From Acanthaster planci (taxonomy: Eukaryota), in assembly GCF_001949145.1 (NCBI RefSeq), contig NW_019091355.1:3578646-3642645 (forward strand): a DNA stretch of 64,000 nucleotides. Direction: 5' to 3'. This document shows positions 37,624 through 50,652 of the stretch, piece by piece. Both the position numbers and the translations under genes were made by a program. A model generated the notes under the pieces. The model was not told the DNA's origin, did no database searches, and saw only the letters and a list, made by a program, of their open reading frames with translations. Every line of letters begins with the position of its first letter. Positions within the stretch are counted from its first letter, which is position 1.

Positions 37624-39761
37624 TGCACCAAGCAGTGGGATTTCCTTTGTCAGGTGAAACACTTGAGGGCGCTGTTCACAATTCATGGATTGAGTGGAAC
37701 AAATATCACAACTGTTTCATGGGTATTGTTTCAACAGTGTTTGGTTTCAGGTGAGTGGACATGTGCAGAAAGGATGAATGGTTCCGAATTCAGGTCTATT
37801 AAGTTGTTTTTTGATTTTGAATGTTGGGAAAAGTTGTAGTAACTGCTAGATCTTCCACACATGTCCGATGACCTCACAGACAGTCCAACTCTGGTTGGGT
37901 CAATGATGACAGTGTCGACAATTCAGAAAACCCTGGTATTTTTAAATTTGGTTTCCTGATATGTCAGCATTGTCATGGAAGCTGCCAATAGATTGATACA
38001 GTAGGAGACTTCTCCAATTGGAGAAATTTTTCTTTTTGTGTATGAGAAATATGATTCGCTATGAAGCTACTTACATTCTGCGGCATACCGGTACGGTACT
38101 TAATAAATGAACCTGGTAGTTGAAGGGTTATCTTTAGGACCTGACCTTGTTATTTATGAACTGTAGATTTGTATGAATTCTCTCCGACATACTGCGTTAA
38201 CTGAATTCTCATCAGGTACTTTATGAACTCAATACTGTCAGTGTCCCTCGTGGAGAGTTCATTAATAATGAAAACCAATTTTCCTTGAATACTTTGAAAA
38301 GTCAGCTTGTGAGTAACCAGTACATGTGAACAAAAGGAACCGTCTGAACATGTTGTTTTATATTTTAGAGAGAAAAAAAAATCATTTCCATGCATTCTTG
38401 CGAGATATTTATTTATATATATTTCTAATTGTATCCTTGAAAAATTGAAATACTTAACCCAAAACTGTGGACATTGCTGAAGTTTGAAAACTATATATTT
38501 TTGAGATCTCCGTCCTTAAATTGAAATGAGATTGATGGTAAACAATCTAATAACCGCTGCAAATCATGCGAGAGATTTGTTAATTTTTATCATAAAAATT
38601 GAGCAAAATGTAGGACCGCCATAATTGAAAAACAAAGACGCTATTATCCTGTTCTTAATTTGTGATAAGTGTGTTTGTAGTGTGATCTTCACCAGTTGAG
38701 ATGTTACTTGATCTTGATTGACTTCATTCTTAAAGAGAGGTACGTGGCGTCATTTATCTTGCAAATCTGAGGCTTGTTGTCATGATGAAACCAAATATAC
38801 ATAGAAAATGTAACAGGTCCTAATCATTCCGTTGAAATGTGTGATGCGTTGAACTTCAGCGTGATATCAAAGGACTTTTAAATTCTTACAGTATTTGTAT
38901 GCGATATTTTTGAGGTGTCTTGGTGATTTTCTTGCCTGTTGGAAGTTGAGGAGTTGGAGCTGAACTTTCTGCCTTCACAATTAATATGCATTATGCTAGC
39001 TTGACAGAAGTTACTATTGGAAACAAGCTGCATCTGTTGTAATGGAGTATTTGTTTGGCCAAGCAGGCACATTCCAAAGCTTGAGGCGGACGAACTGTTT
39101 ATTTTGAAGTCTGTATGGTCTTGTTTTGGTTCCAAATTTGTTCAGAGTTTTGAGAATGACAGGGTACATGATTCTCTTCCCCATTTTTTTCTCAGTATAT
39201 TACAGATTCCATTTATCATATTAAAATTGTACTTATGAAATTAATGTACTTAGTATTTAAAAATCAGAGTTTTAGTAATCTAAAAATATGCTTTTCCTGT
39301 GTAGATAGTCTAGAGTTTTGTCAATATGAGAGGGTTTTTCAGGTGAACATTATTTGTTAATAACTGTTGTTCAGGCGAGGCTGATTTGGCAAAAAATGAG
39401 CATTATGTTGGCTATGCAACGCTCAATGCTGTAGGCAAAAGATTCCCACATCATGTATTTTTGTGTATTTTTTCAAAACAAAAAATCCCTCAGCTAAACC
39501 AATTTTCAGCACTCCCAAGAAAAGCTTATTACGACAATCACTGGTAGAAGTTACATATTTAGGAGCAAAGCGGGTAAAACTCTGCCGTTAGACTAAGAAA
39601 AAATTCCAGCATACATCCCATCATAACTTTTTTCATTAACAGGCATCAAGGGTTTTTAACAGCATTTTGAGGTTCAACCACTGACCTCTGTGCTACTTGT
39701 TCCAATATTTTTTTTTGTAACTAAGCAAAACTGTGCCTTGATATATTATTAGGAAATTTGC

Positions 39762-39767
39762 AATAAA
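39762..39767 (+). terminator. Candidate polyadenylation signal for the PTPN13 3'UTR
   Basis: AATAAA in an AU-rich stretch after the stop codon; another at about 38102 and ATTAAA near 40050-40110. Confidence 0.35.
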
Positions 39768-40804
39768 GTGACGGTTTCGGTCACCGTCATGGAGGTTTAT
39801 CTATAGCAAAGAGACGGACCTGCATTAACCATCATGTCAAATGATTTGGTAAAACAGTTGTCAGCATTTAAGAAATACCGCTTCTGTGCGCATGCACATT
39901 TGTATTATATCTGTAAATAAGGCCAGAATAATTTCAGTGTTTTACATACAATATAGAGTGCCTCCAATCTATCCTTTTTTTTAATCAACCTTTCATTATA
40001 TTTGGTGTATCACATTAGTGACTTATTAGAATTCTAATTTCTTATCATTAAATCTCTTTACATTGTGTATGGGTTTTTGTCTATCTCGCATATTCCATTG
40101 CTGAAAATTAAAGGCGAACATCCGTGGTTGGATGAAGCATGGAGTGCAGTTGGTTTGATTCCAAACTGTTACTGGTCATCGTTGCTGCTAATTCGCATGG
40201 GTTAATGCCAGAAATTTACTTCAAAATCCAACCAATCAGATTAGCAAAGCAAATTAAATTTCACTTCTTTTCAATCACCAATTACTCCTCCAAGACATCT
40301 GTAGATAACATTTACGAGTGGTTTGTAAAAATGTCCGGGAAATGTTAGAGTTCTTTTGGAAGTCCAAACAGAACTGTGGAGTGTATTCACAAACAAGACA
40401 CTGTAACTTTGCACTAAACTTAATAATTGACCGAACATTTTGAAAAGAAGACTAATATGAGTCATCTTTTAAACACATACATGTATTTGTGTGTTCAGAC
40501 AACCCGGCCCTAATAAGAAGCCTGGGTACTAGACCACACCATCCACTGACACTTTACTACCCTGTTTATAATGCCAATGAAGTATTTGAACTCCAAGGCC
40601 AACTTAGTTCTCTTGGATGTACAGAGTACCAAAATCAAGACGTCAGGCGCACAATTATGCGCATCAAAGCCACTGGCCTGGCAACCAGTTCATGAACCAA
40701 CACTTGCATTTGCCGTTCATTTGCACAACCCTTCCTTGATTAGATGGCGTCAAGCTCCGGTGCTCTATGCAACACAGTGCTACCATCGGTGCACCGGCAG
40801 CAGA

Positions 40805-40810
40805 TTTATT
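40805..40810 (-). terminator. Candidate polyadenylation signal for NFU1
   Basis: TTTATT on plus (AATAAA on minus), about 350 nt past the NFU1 stop. Confidence 0.45.
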
Positions 40811-41162
40811 TACAATGGTAAACTCTATCTTTGCCCCATAGCCCAATGGGCTGAGAAGGAAACTAATTAAACATCCCAGAATCTGATCCTGATACATTGG
40901 ACCAAGAGGCCGTAACATTCCATTTCTTTTATGTACATCGCTATTTTAACAATTGCTGGCAAGGAAATACGTGACCAGCAACTTTGAACACCACCGCCAA
41001 TTTTTTTAGGTTTTTGTTGTCGCGGTCTGAGAAATAACCAATTTTCCATTTGGATGAAGAAGTTGACCCTTCTAAAACAAAGGTACTTCAATAACATAAC
41101 ACTGCACACTCTTTCAGCCCCAAAAAGGCCCCCCCCCCGAGATGTGTCACCTGTGTACCATT

Positions 41163-44100
41163 TCATGTTGGCTTCTCTTCAAGTTTCTCCTCCAGCTTGT
41201 TGAATTCTTCATTGGCAACTTGATCTGCTTCGTCCTCAATCTGAAAAGGAAAAGGAAAGACGCTTATGAAAAAAGAAGATTTTTCTGTAATAGGTTCTTG
41301 TTTTTAGACACAAAACAGTTCACAGAAATCCAACTCTCTCTGCAGGTGTGCAACTTTTCCTCTGATCAGCTGATTTCCTTGTTTTTCACTACACACTCAT
41401 GCCATTGAAAATTGAAAAACATTGTCCAAAGCCGTGTAAAGATTGGAATATCCTTGTTTTGTGTCCAAGTCCAAGTTGTATACCTGTCATTCTCAGCAGC
41501 CGAACACTGAAAACTTGAAAAAAATGAAGACTGAAGTCAGTCTGGCATCAGCCAATTTCTCCCTTTATCACCTATTAAAGTGCCACATGTCTTAAAAAGT
41601 TTTCCGATTAGTGTAAAAGATTGAACTGGCAATAAAAAAGTCCACTACATTTATAGGATGAGTTTCTTTTCTATTTCTCTCGAGGGCAAGAAAACTTAAT
41701 TGGCAATGTTCCCAGGACTTGGCATTTCAAGCGACAGCATACGCATATTTTTCTGTCCATGTAAAAAATTCCTGAATCTCTTTAAGGAGAAAAATCAATG
41801 TCACCTTTGCTACATTTATCTACGGCTAAATTAAACACATTGGCAGCGAATAAACTGTACGGCCAAACAATTTCACAGATAAATTTGTATACAAGGACAC
41901 ATCTGAACCAACAAATTATGTTTAGCTTTTCTATGAAAATTTTTATTTTTATCCAAGGTGAAAAGCCGGAAAAAAGTTTCCCTTTCTCCAGTCAGAAAAG
42001 TTGGGGACTTGAAGGAAAAATGTCTCACAGCGCAGCCACTAGATGACTGACTATGGTGACTTTCTGGTGGAAATACTGGTTGAAATGACTATCCTGGACT
42101 TTTGAAAATTAATCGAGGGGAAACTTGGGGAAAATTAAGAGAATTTTATTTCCACAAAATGCAGGGAACTGTGGCCTATGAACTACACCGCAGGGTTTAT
42201 GTATCATCCCGAGGGGAGGGAGGGGGGACAGATTAGCGCCACCAACGTGACAGAGAATCTTATTTGCTATGTGAAGACGAGTGCGTGCACATCCCTCGGC
42301 TGTGACTGTGTGTGACCCTGCTATATCGATACTACACATGCGGCGCAGCTGCACCTGCCATAGCAATGTTTATGTACCAGGCCCTGCTGGCCAGGGTCAG
42401 GCAGATTACCCTGTGCACGAGAATGATCAACCACAAGGCATTCGTCTGGTTCCCAGGGTTCCCTATTTTGTATTGCGTTATGGGCTATGTGTAAGCATCC
42501 GACTACAATGCAATGGAAAAAGATTTTGAGCGAAACCATTTTGTTTTTGGACATGCTCAAAAATTTGGTCGAAAAACAGTCGCGTTAAACCAAGGGATTT
42601 CCTTCAAATTTCTACAGACGAAAGACCAACAATATGGTGACATATCTAAGAAATAAAAAATGAAATGTTAAAAAAGCATTTTTTACAAAAAAGATCCTTT
42701 TTGTTAATGGATTTTAGGGGTGTCACCAAAGAGGCAACCTAACGGTAAGCACATTCATCACACAGGCTCGTGTGCGGGATAGAATGCACTGTTACAAAGC
42801 CAAAATATAATTTCATTTCTGATGCCATCGAGGGATAGACAACTCGTGCTCATTTTTATTTGAAAATTTAATCCATGCAGATATCATAGGTGGGAATGTA
42901 ATTGTGGACATGATTTTTTCCTTTTTTACTATTACGTACACCCCTCTTTTAAAAATGGAAGTGGCTCACAGACAGCCATTTGCACTCAGCTCTTCCTCTC
43001 CCCGGTATCATCCCCAACATTCTACAGATTATCGTTCTGGTCCATTTTACTAGAGCAACTACCAGCAATCCTACCAAAGTTTGTGAGGTATTTCTTTACC
43101 TGTTCGACCCCCACAACTTCCGGCACATAGAACTGCAGCATGTTCTGTACCCCGCTCTTCAATGTCAACACTGAACTCGGGCAGCTGGTGCACGCCCCTT
43201 GCATCTTGAGTTTGACAATGCCATCTTCAAAACCCTAAGATTACAAATAGAAAGTCAGAGAAAGCTGCCAAGTACAAGATGAACGTCAGTTCAGCATCGG
43301 CCTTGACTACCGATAAACCATTCCCTTTCTTATTTAGTTTTATTTTATTTCTTTCTTTTAAATGCACTTCTTGGGTACAATAATCAATGTTTTACCACAC
43401 ATCCCTCTCTGGTTTTAGAATTGAGGGAATAGGGTCACAGAAATTCAATTCACATTGGCAGAGGAGAAGACGGTACAGTTATCGAATTACCCATGCAGTC
43501 AGGAAAGGACTGAACGTCCAATATACACTACTGAAAAGAATTAAAGGAACAAGAAAACAAAATGTTTTTGTCACGGTCTCTATGGGCTACCGTTAGAGCA
43601 AGAGGCATTAGAGTTATGTGACAACACCTGAATTATTTTCACATAACTTTAATGCCTCTTGTTATAACGGTAGCCCATATAGACCACAACAGAAACATTC
43701 TGTCCTCTTGTTCCTTTAATTCTTTTCAGTAGTGTACATGTGGATAAGTGCCAGGGTTGGGGTTGCTTGGCTGACTAGGTCAATTCATTTGGGACTCCAG
43801 ATCAGGACATGTATGCTTTATATGCGTGGCGGGGGGGGTCTCCAAACTCGGACAAAGGGAACAGGGCCTTGGGAGATAATCCTGCCTTGTTTTGAAACAG
43901 TATATCATGGTTTGGGGCATTTAGAGCGAGCGGATTACCACCGGGACAAAAGAACTCCGCCAATGCAGTGATGAGTCACACAGCAATACTGCATGCTAAT
44001 CTGGCCCCTATTGAAAAGAGGTCAGCAGTGCACTGAGCCAGGTTCGTGAACAAAAGAATATTACGTAACACCCACAAAATCTGGGCTCTTTTTACCAGGC

Positions 44101-47100
44101 TGCAGGCCTGGCTGAAATACTCAGACATCAATAGATTTTGTCTGTCAGGCTAGAGTAGACACCAGACATGCCTTCACGTGTTTGTTAGTGTCCAGTAAAT
44201 GAAGAAAGGAATTTTGAAAGAATTTTGAAAACAGAAAAAAAATGACAAAAATCCTGCCCCAGCATCATCAACATTGATAAATGCCCCGGCAGGAAGTGGT
44301 TAAAGGTTCATATGAAACAAGAAAAAAATTTATACTCCACTAGCTTCAATTCAAACAGGTCTTTTCCTGTTTGTTTCCTGTTTTTTGCATTGCATTCAAC
44401 TCAACATTTATTTCCATACTGCAGTGTATATTTGCTGAATTATACCAAAGGTCAATCAATAAATGAATCTTTTGACATAAAATGAGGAAAAGGGGCAACA
44501 GGGAGGCATATTCAGAAGAAAAACGAGATGAACAAAACTAAACAACAAATCATTCCTGAAAGACAAGAGTGCAGCAATAAAGACAAAGCAGAGAAAACAA
44601 AAAATCGTGAGCGAACAGAGGAACCTAGCTTTCACTCTCACAGCAACCTTTCTGGCGAGCAGCCAAATCATTCCAGTCACACTGAGGCCTACTCGACCCC
44701 CTCTCCCGGTCAGCAATCACTGATCGTTTTCGGAGAGGCAGGTCAGGTACTGAAATTTGTATGAGCTCACCATGTATACGATGTCCCCTCCGTCTTCTTG
44801 CACGGTGGGTCGGATCCTAGTGTCCAGGAGCTCCTTGATCATCGCGACCGTGTCGTCATCGTCTTCGTGAACCTCTGCATAATCCGAGTTGAAGAGGTCA
44901 AAATAACATGAACACATCAACGGCGAGTGACTGCTATCAATCTAAGTTTGAATGAACAGGTTAGGATAGCTGATCCTAGGGCTTGCCTTGCCGCTGCAAA
45001 GGGTCAAAGATTTAAATCTCGAATACATCACCTGCTTTATTTGTAATTTTCTGGACTGATTTTGATGATTACAAAATACTCAAAGTGTGTCGAGCATTAC
45101 AAATAAATCCTTGCTTTTTCATAGTACATTTGTACTCCCAAATCAAGTGAAATTTCACATTTTGATGGATAGGTGTGCGGAACCAGCGAAATACCTGTAT
45201 CTGCTGCCGGCTGTTCATCCGTCATCACCGGTAGCCCGCTGGTGAAGAAATCCATGATGGTGGCATAGATCTCGGGCTTCATGACGGCCCACTCTGTGGT
45301 GTCATCATCAACTTTTGTGATGGTGATGAAATCCGAGCCGAAGAACACACTTTTGACACCATCAATACGGAACAACAACCTGTCAGGACAGGGAATATGA
45401 TCGAGCCTTGTGAATGGTTTCAGATGGTCACAGGTTTCTGTGGTACATCATTTGTGCTAACAAAGGTTTTTTAGGCAACTGACGGATTGATATTAACATA
45501 TGGGTACAAAGAAATAAAGGAAAAAAATCACTTGTTTTGAGATAAAAAGTTAACAAGCTGTCACAATGTTAGTTTTAGAAAATGTAAAATTTGGAAATTA
45601 ACATCAGATTCCTTCAACACTTTTCTTCTTTATGCCCAACATCTGCATCGATTCACTCTAATACTAAAATTATATTGCAAACACAGAGAGAATAAACAGA
45701 CCAAAAATCAAGTTTGTACTTGTGCTATGATTGAGAGCTGTTTGTTTATTAATGGACAGTTGAAAGACTGGGACAAATCAATGAGGTCGAGATGAAGATG
45801 TCGGTCAGGACTGCAAATGGACGGTGTGTTTAATGAATGAATTAACGATCCAATGTATCAAAAGGTAGAAGTTGGAATGGCCAGACGTTAATAATTCTTC
45901 GTAAAAACGATTCAAGATCACTATCAAATTAAAGAAGCTGAGCAAATGTAACATTTATTCAGTACTGCCACAAAGTAGGGAAAACTTAAATCGGTTTTGA
46001 CAAAAACTTCCTACAAGCAGCATCCCGAGGGCTGAAATCCCACCCATAGCTTTTATTGACTGCTTTTAATTAGCCAGTAATATTTAACCATATGTTGCCA
46101 GATTTAATTTGAAGATGCATGACGTATTCCCCAGGGATTTTCAAAATTCTTCAAAAATTCATAAGTGCATTTACTGGATGTTTACATCCACACGAATGAT
46201 TGTCTGGTGTCTACTCTTATCTGACAGACAACATCTATTTCAGCCAGGCCTGCCGCCCTGTAAAGAGAGCCCAGATTGTGAGGTGTTACGTAATTTCCTT
46301 TTGTTCCCGAAACTGGCCCAGTGCGCTGCTGGCATCTTTTCAAATGCGGACCAGATTAGTGTTTAGCAGTATTGTGTCGCTCATCTCTGCAGTACTGGAG
46401 TGCTTTTGTTTCCGCTCATGCTGAATGCCACAAACAGTGGCATAATCACTCAAAACAATGAGGGGTTTCCTCCGTTATTGACAACTGTAAAAATGTTGGC
46501 AATTCCCAGCAGCTTGGTCTTTTGTTCTGAGCACGGCCTTTTGTTACATGGCTCAGCTCCTTTGTCCCATTTCGGGCACCCCGGCTATGCATATAAAGCA
46601 AGTGTCTCCAAAACCGGGCACCCTGGCAGCAAATGGTTAATGAAGAAGCCAAGCACCTCTGAGGACATACATCGTACCTTGCGAGAGGTGAACTGTGAGC
46701 TGTCCTGGCACTGGGGAAGTCCACGGTCCCTCCCTGATCCAGAACGGGGACTCCTGGTATGAACTTGAGGCTGTTAGGGTTAGGGGTGTCCTGGGTCTGA
46801 ATGAACATACTCCTGGCTGTAGAAAGATGGAACATGAACAAAAACAATTAGACAGATGTAAAAGAGGTAGAACTCTCAGAAGTTACCTGAGACAAGTTCT
46901 AAGTTTGACTCAAGTTGGCCTCATTGACAGATGACATCCAAAGCCAAAAAGCTTTTGAAATGTCACTGGTTTGTGTTGTGACAACTCTTTCCTTCCCTTC
47001 TTTGATCAGCCCAAAAAGTTCATGATGTTCATGCTGCACAAGAGTAAGCCTGTTTGATATCCATTTTTTCCGAAACCGATATTTTGTGAAAAAAAAATAG

Positions 47101-50100
47101 GGCAATATTTGATATTATCGTGATGACGTCATTTTTATTGTTATTTCGGGGGTTTCACATCCACCACCGATGCATCTTAAGGTATGCATAAAATAAAGTC
47201 TGACGACACGGTCCGATCCCGAACGGTGCCAGTCCCTGAAGCATGTACTGACCTAAATGTCACTTTTCATCGGGCGAACGCAACTTGAAATAGAGGGATT
47301 TCACATTAGCTCCGTCTGAGCATATCAGCCTTGAAACCGAGGCTCTCTGTGTTGAACTTCGTCATGCGCGCCCGCAGAGTCGACACAGTACATGCAGTAT
47401 CCGGTTCGTAAGTGTGACGCCACTTCAGTTTAAACCATGCCCGCTGCACATGCAGACACACGACCATCGCAGGTACGTTAGTTCGGGGTAAACTGCCGTT
47501 ATTTTTCCATTTGATTTGACATGTGGAGTCATCCTGAAAGATTCTTCCACAAAAATTTGCAGCCTGAAAAGTCTTAAATTAACCCTAAACCCCAAGGGTA
47601 TATCTACAATCGTATGGAAATTGGAGGATTTGGGACTGTTAGGGTTAACATACCATTATGTATTTGGTGTCTTAACTCCTCACTTTCAATCGTCTGATCG
47701 TATTAAGAATTGAAGCTGACACATACAGCCTCGTTTTCAAACGCGGAAGTGCGCAGATCGATGCTACAGCATCGTATTGGGACCCCTCTATCATTTCTAA
47801 TTTAATTTTGAATACCCCAGGACCAAGAAGAAAATAGTTGAACATTTTTAATGAGTGAAAACGGTTAATTATTGTGAACCCTGAAGTATCTTTTAAAGGC
47901 CAAATAAAAACAACGAAAGTACAGTATCGACTCTTCGCCATCTCCCATCGCTGGTTACCGTCAAAAGCATAGCCACGATATTAAGGCAGATGGGATGAAA
48001 CCAACGAAGTCGAGTTCAGCTGCCATTTAAATTTCAGCTCTGCTAACTTCGTGGTGGAAGTAAAAAGGTAAGATTTTTAGAAGTATCGAATTTTGCAATA
48101 TTTCAATAAAAGAAAAAAGGCCCTATTTGATATTTGATACGAAAAAATATTGCGGTTTCGATAATTATCGTGATATCAAACAGGCCCATGCAAGAGATTA
48201 TGAAAAGAACCCAAAGGGTCCAGAAATTGTTTCAGCAAAACAACCCCAAACTAACTGATGAATTCTATTTATCTTTGTATCACGTTTTAATATTAAAACT
48301 TGCAAGGGTTGGACGGATGGTTCAAAACCTGGTATAGCAGTGCACGCTATGATGTCCCATGTTTTACAGCAACCAATAATGTCCATGCACAGACTTTCAC
48401 AACGCCTTACCATAAGTGTGCACATGTGTTCTACACAAAGAACATGTGACTACCTGCTGTGTTGTTGCCCAACTGACCACGCTCCACTTGGAACCTAACA
48501 CAACGCATATAACTATTTCCTAAAATAGATTAGTGATGGCTACCTTGCTGTGTGGTCCTTGCCGGAACCCATCTCTGAAGCAGCTTTTTGGAAGCCCCGC
48601 GTGTAGCTGTGTTTATGGATTGAGGATCTCGAAAGCCCCCAGCAGCTGTCAGCTCAGACTGAGGTCTGTTTGCAGCCTGTTGAATGCTGAAAGTATCAGA
48701 AAAATTCCACAATTTTTGAACAAAAAGCTGATGCTGAAAGTTTAGACTAAGCAAGGAAAATCAACCCCTGCTACAGTGCACAATGAAGGTTACAAATGAC
48801 ATCTTATCTGGCCCTCGTAAAATTGTACTGTTCAGCACAATCTTGACTCTTGCACAAATTTATTGCACTTCTTCCTGAGTACCGACTATGGATGGAAACA
48901 AAGTCTGAAAACAGACTTGAAAAGTAGGACTTCATATTTTGAAGAGAAGTGTACACATAAATTTAGTAGAAAGTAAGTATGGGATCCAATCAAAAAATTA
49001 AAGAAGAGAACAAAATTATGGGAAAAATTCCCATGATAAATGGGCTCGATCCTCACTGATCCCGGCATGTCAGGATTGCAAGCCAGCACGTGTACTGATG
49101 GATCTACTCTAAGAGTCTAATGCCACAACCGTGGGAAATTAAAACCTAAAGTAGGACTGGCAATAATAATTGGCATAATTGCGCAATGCCATAACTATAG
49201 AATTTGGAAGCTAGGTTATGGTTATCGTAACAATACTCAATAGCAACTTCGTGAAGTAAATGCATTATCTGATCATGCACATGATCATAAGCCAACATTG
49301 CAAATACTTTATGGGTGCTTTTGCACAATGGTAGGGGGTCCAGTGAAACGACACCTCTAAATTTTATATCTGAAAGCGTGTAAAAGTGTTTGTTTTCAAT
49401 CAATGATTTCTTCCCTTTCTGTGCATCAAATTCTATTATTTAAAAGTATTTGTGCTGTATTAAAAAGAACCAAAATTTTTGTTAGTACCATTTATTATGT
49501 GATGAAAATAATATAAGGTCAGAGCAACTTACACTGCGTCAACAAGTGTGTGCGGCCATCTTTGTTTATTGTCGTGCGACATAGTCTCGTCTAAGCCTAA
49601 TACCTCGCGAGACTCAACTGGGTTTGGAATGATGATGTCATCATCTTGTAGAGCTTAAAATACTCTTTCATTTGATGTATGACTCGAGGTATTTGACTAA
49701 AACACCGTCAAGCTTTGTTTTGGTTTGTGAAGACTACAAAAAGGTAACAGAAAATGTGCATTTGCCGAACTCCCCAACAATAGTCGAAAGGCATTGTGCA
49801 ATATCACCCATGCAATATCTACAATAAGGCTTATGTCATGATGCATGTCCACTACTCCACTGCCAACATTGGCTGGCCAAAAAAACATCGAAAAAGTCTG
49901 GGCCAAAGGCACTTGGTCAATGTTGGTCATGCTGGTTGAAATTCCTCCTGAATTCTCCACTATAATACAAGGGATCAGGACAGGAAAATAACAAGGGCCA
50001 ATTCAAAAGCATTAGGCCTACTTTAAGTTTAACCCTAACAAAGTAACAGTCATGACAGTCCCAAATCCTCCAATTTCGACACAATTTTAAATACACCCTA

Positions 50101-50250
50101 TTAATGTATCGATATAGGTCTAAGTATTAGGCCTAGCAGTTTTCACATTAATTTTCATACTAATTCAAAATATGCAACTTACAATCGGGAAGAACTGATT
50201 ACATAAACTCTTCGAAAAGACTGCATCAACATTCCCCTGTACGCTGCCAT
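41163..50250 (-). CDS. NFU1: NFU1 iron-sulfur cluster scaffold, mitochondrial; 7 exons, 283 aa
   Basis: Exons on minus: 50250-50183, 48686-48544, 46816-46678, 45379-45195, 44874-44771, 43234-43100, 41240-41163, all phase-compatible. Translation: [14 protein letters not shown]... (Arg-rich presequence-like), [38 protein letters not shown], and GACTSCPSS (CxxC). The first two exons are less certain than the rest. Confidence 0.93.
41345..41460 (+). repeat. Dispersed repeat fragment (copy 2)
   Basis: Direct similarity to 22770-22882. Confidence 0.7.
43526..43734. mobile_element. Palindromic Tc1/mariner-type MITE (209 bp)
   Basis: TA|CACTACTGAAAAGAATTAAAGGAACAAG ... CTTGTTCCTTTAATTCTTTTCAGTAGTG|TA; nearly the whole element folds back, with arms of about 95-100 bp. 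Confidence 0.88.
43810..44299 (-). mobile_element. piggyBac-type MITE family A, internally deleted copy
   Basis: Ends CCCCGGCAGGAAGTGG|TTAA (44300-44303); close reverse complement of copy 1 with an internal deletion; the other boundary is approximate. Confidence 0.8.
46088..46636 (+). mobile_element. piggyBac-type MITE family A (549 bp)
   Basis: TTAA|CCATATGTTGCCAG ... CTGGCAGCAAATGG|TTAA; lies in NFU1 intron 3, about 40 nt from the exon-3 donor. Confidence 0.85.
47048..48185. mobile_element. Possible 1.1-kb non-autonomous TIR element in NFU1 intron 2
   Basis: Inverted ends of about 60 bp (GCCTGTTTGATATC...CGAAACCG...AAATAGGGC) at 47048-47103 and 48120-48185; partial flanking match CAAGAGTA/CAAGAGAT. 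Confidence 0.4.
47583..47644. mobile_element. 62-bp TTAA-flanked mini-MITE
   Basis: TTAA|CCCTAAAC...CTGTTAGGG|TTAA; related inverted copy at about 50033-50100. Confidence 0.6.
50033..50100. mobile_element. Degenerate second copy of the mini-MITE
   Basis: TTAACCCTAACA...AGTCCCAAATCCTCCAATTTC matches the reverse complement of 47583-47644 with a short insertion. Confidence 0.5.
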
Positions 50251-50652
50251 CTTCATTCTACTTTTCTCCTTCGCTATGGCGCCCTCTGTTAACGGCAGGA
50301 TCTCGTTAGCCAGCGTGCAACTAGGGCTTCAGAATTTTGTTTGTGCACGAGAACAAAATATACATGTACAATGTATACCAGAAGTTCACCAGCTGGTGTT
50401 GGTCTTTCACCTTAATAAAAGGTGGCGATCAGGATCATCATCCTGTTTACTTTAGTACCGACATTTTAAAGCGCCCTCTTTTTGACAGTAAGTTTACTTG
50501 GTGGAGTACTAGAAATTTAAGCGCACAACAAACGCACCGTATCTAGACAACAACAGTAGACCACGGTACGGTAGTCGGTACATCGCTCCGTCGGGCGTTT
50601 TCAGAGAGATCGCGTTTTCACAAATTTCGTGTGACTACATGAGGGACTGAAT
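50251..50652. promoter_or_regulatory. Putative bidirectional promoter / 5'UTRs of NFU1 and C10orf53
   Basis: Divergent ATGs separated by 402 bp. CpG is visibly more frequent at about 50560-50830. Two GCGCCCTCT motifs (50279-50287, 50471-50479). AAGATGGCAGCG context at the NFU1 start. Confidence 0.6.

Noticed and set aside
47672..47941. MAKSRYC... as the NFU1 first exon
   Set aside because: No suitable donor; exons 50250-50183 and 48686-48544 give a phase-correct, presequence-like N-terminus.
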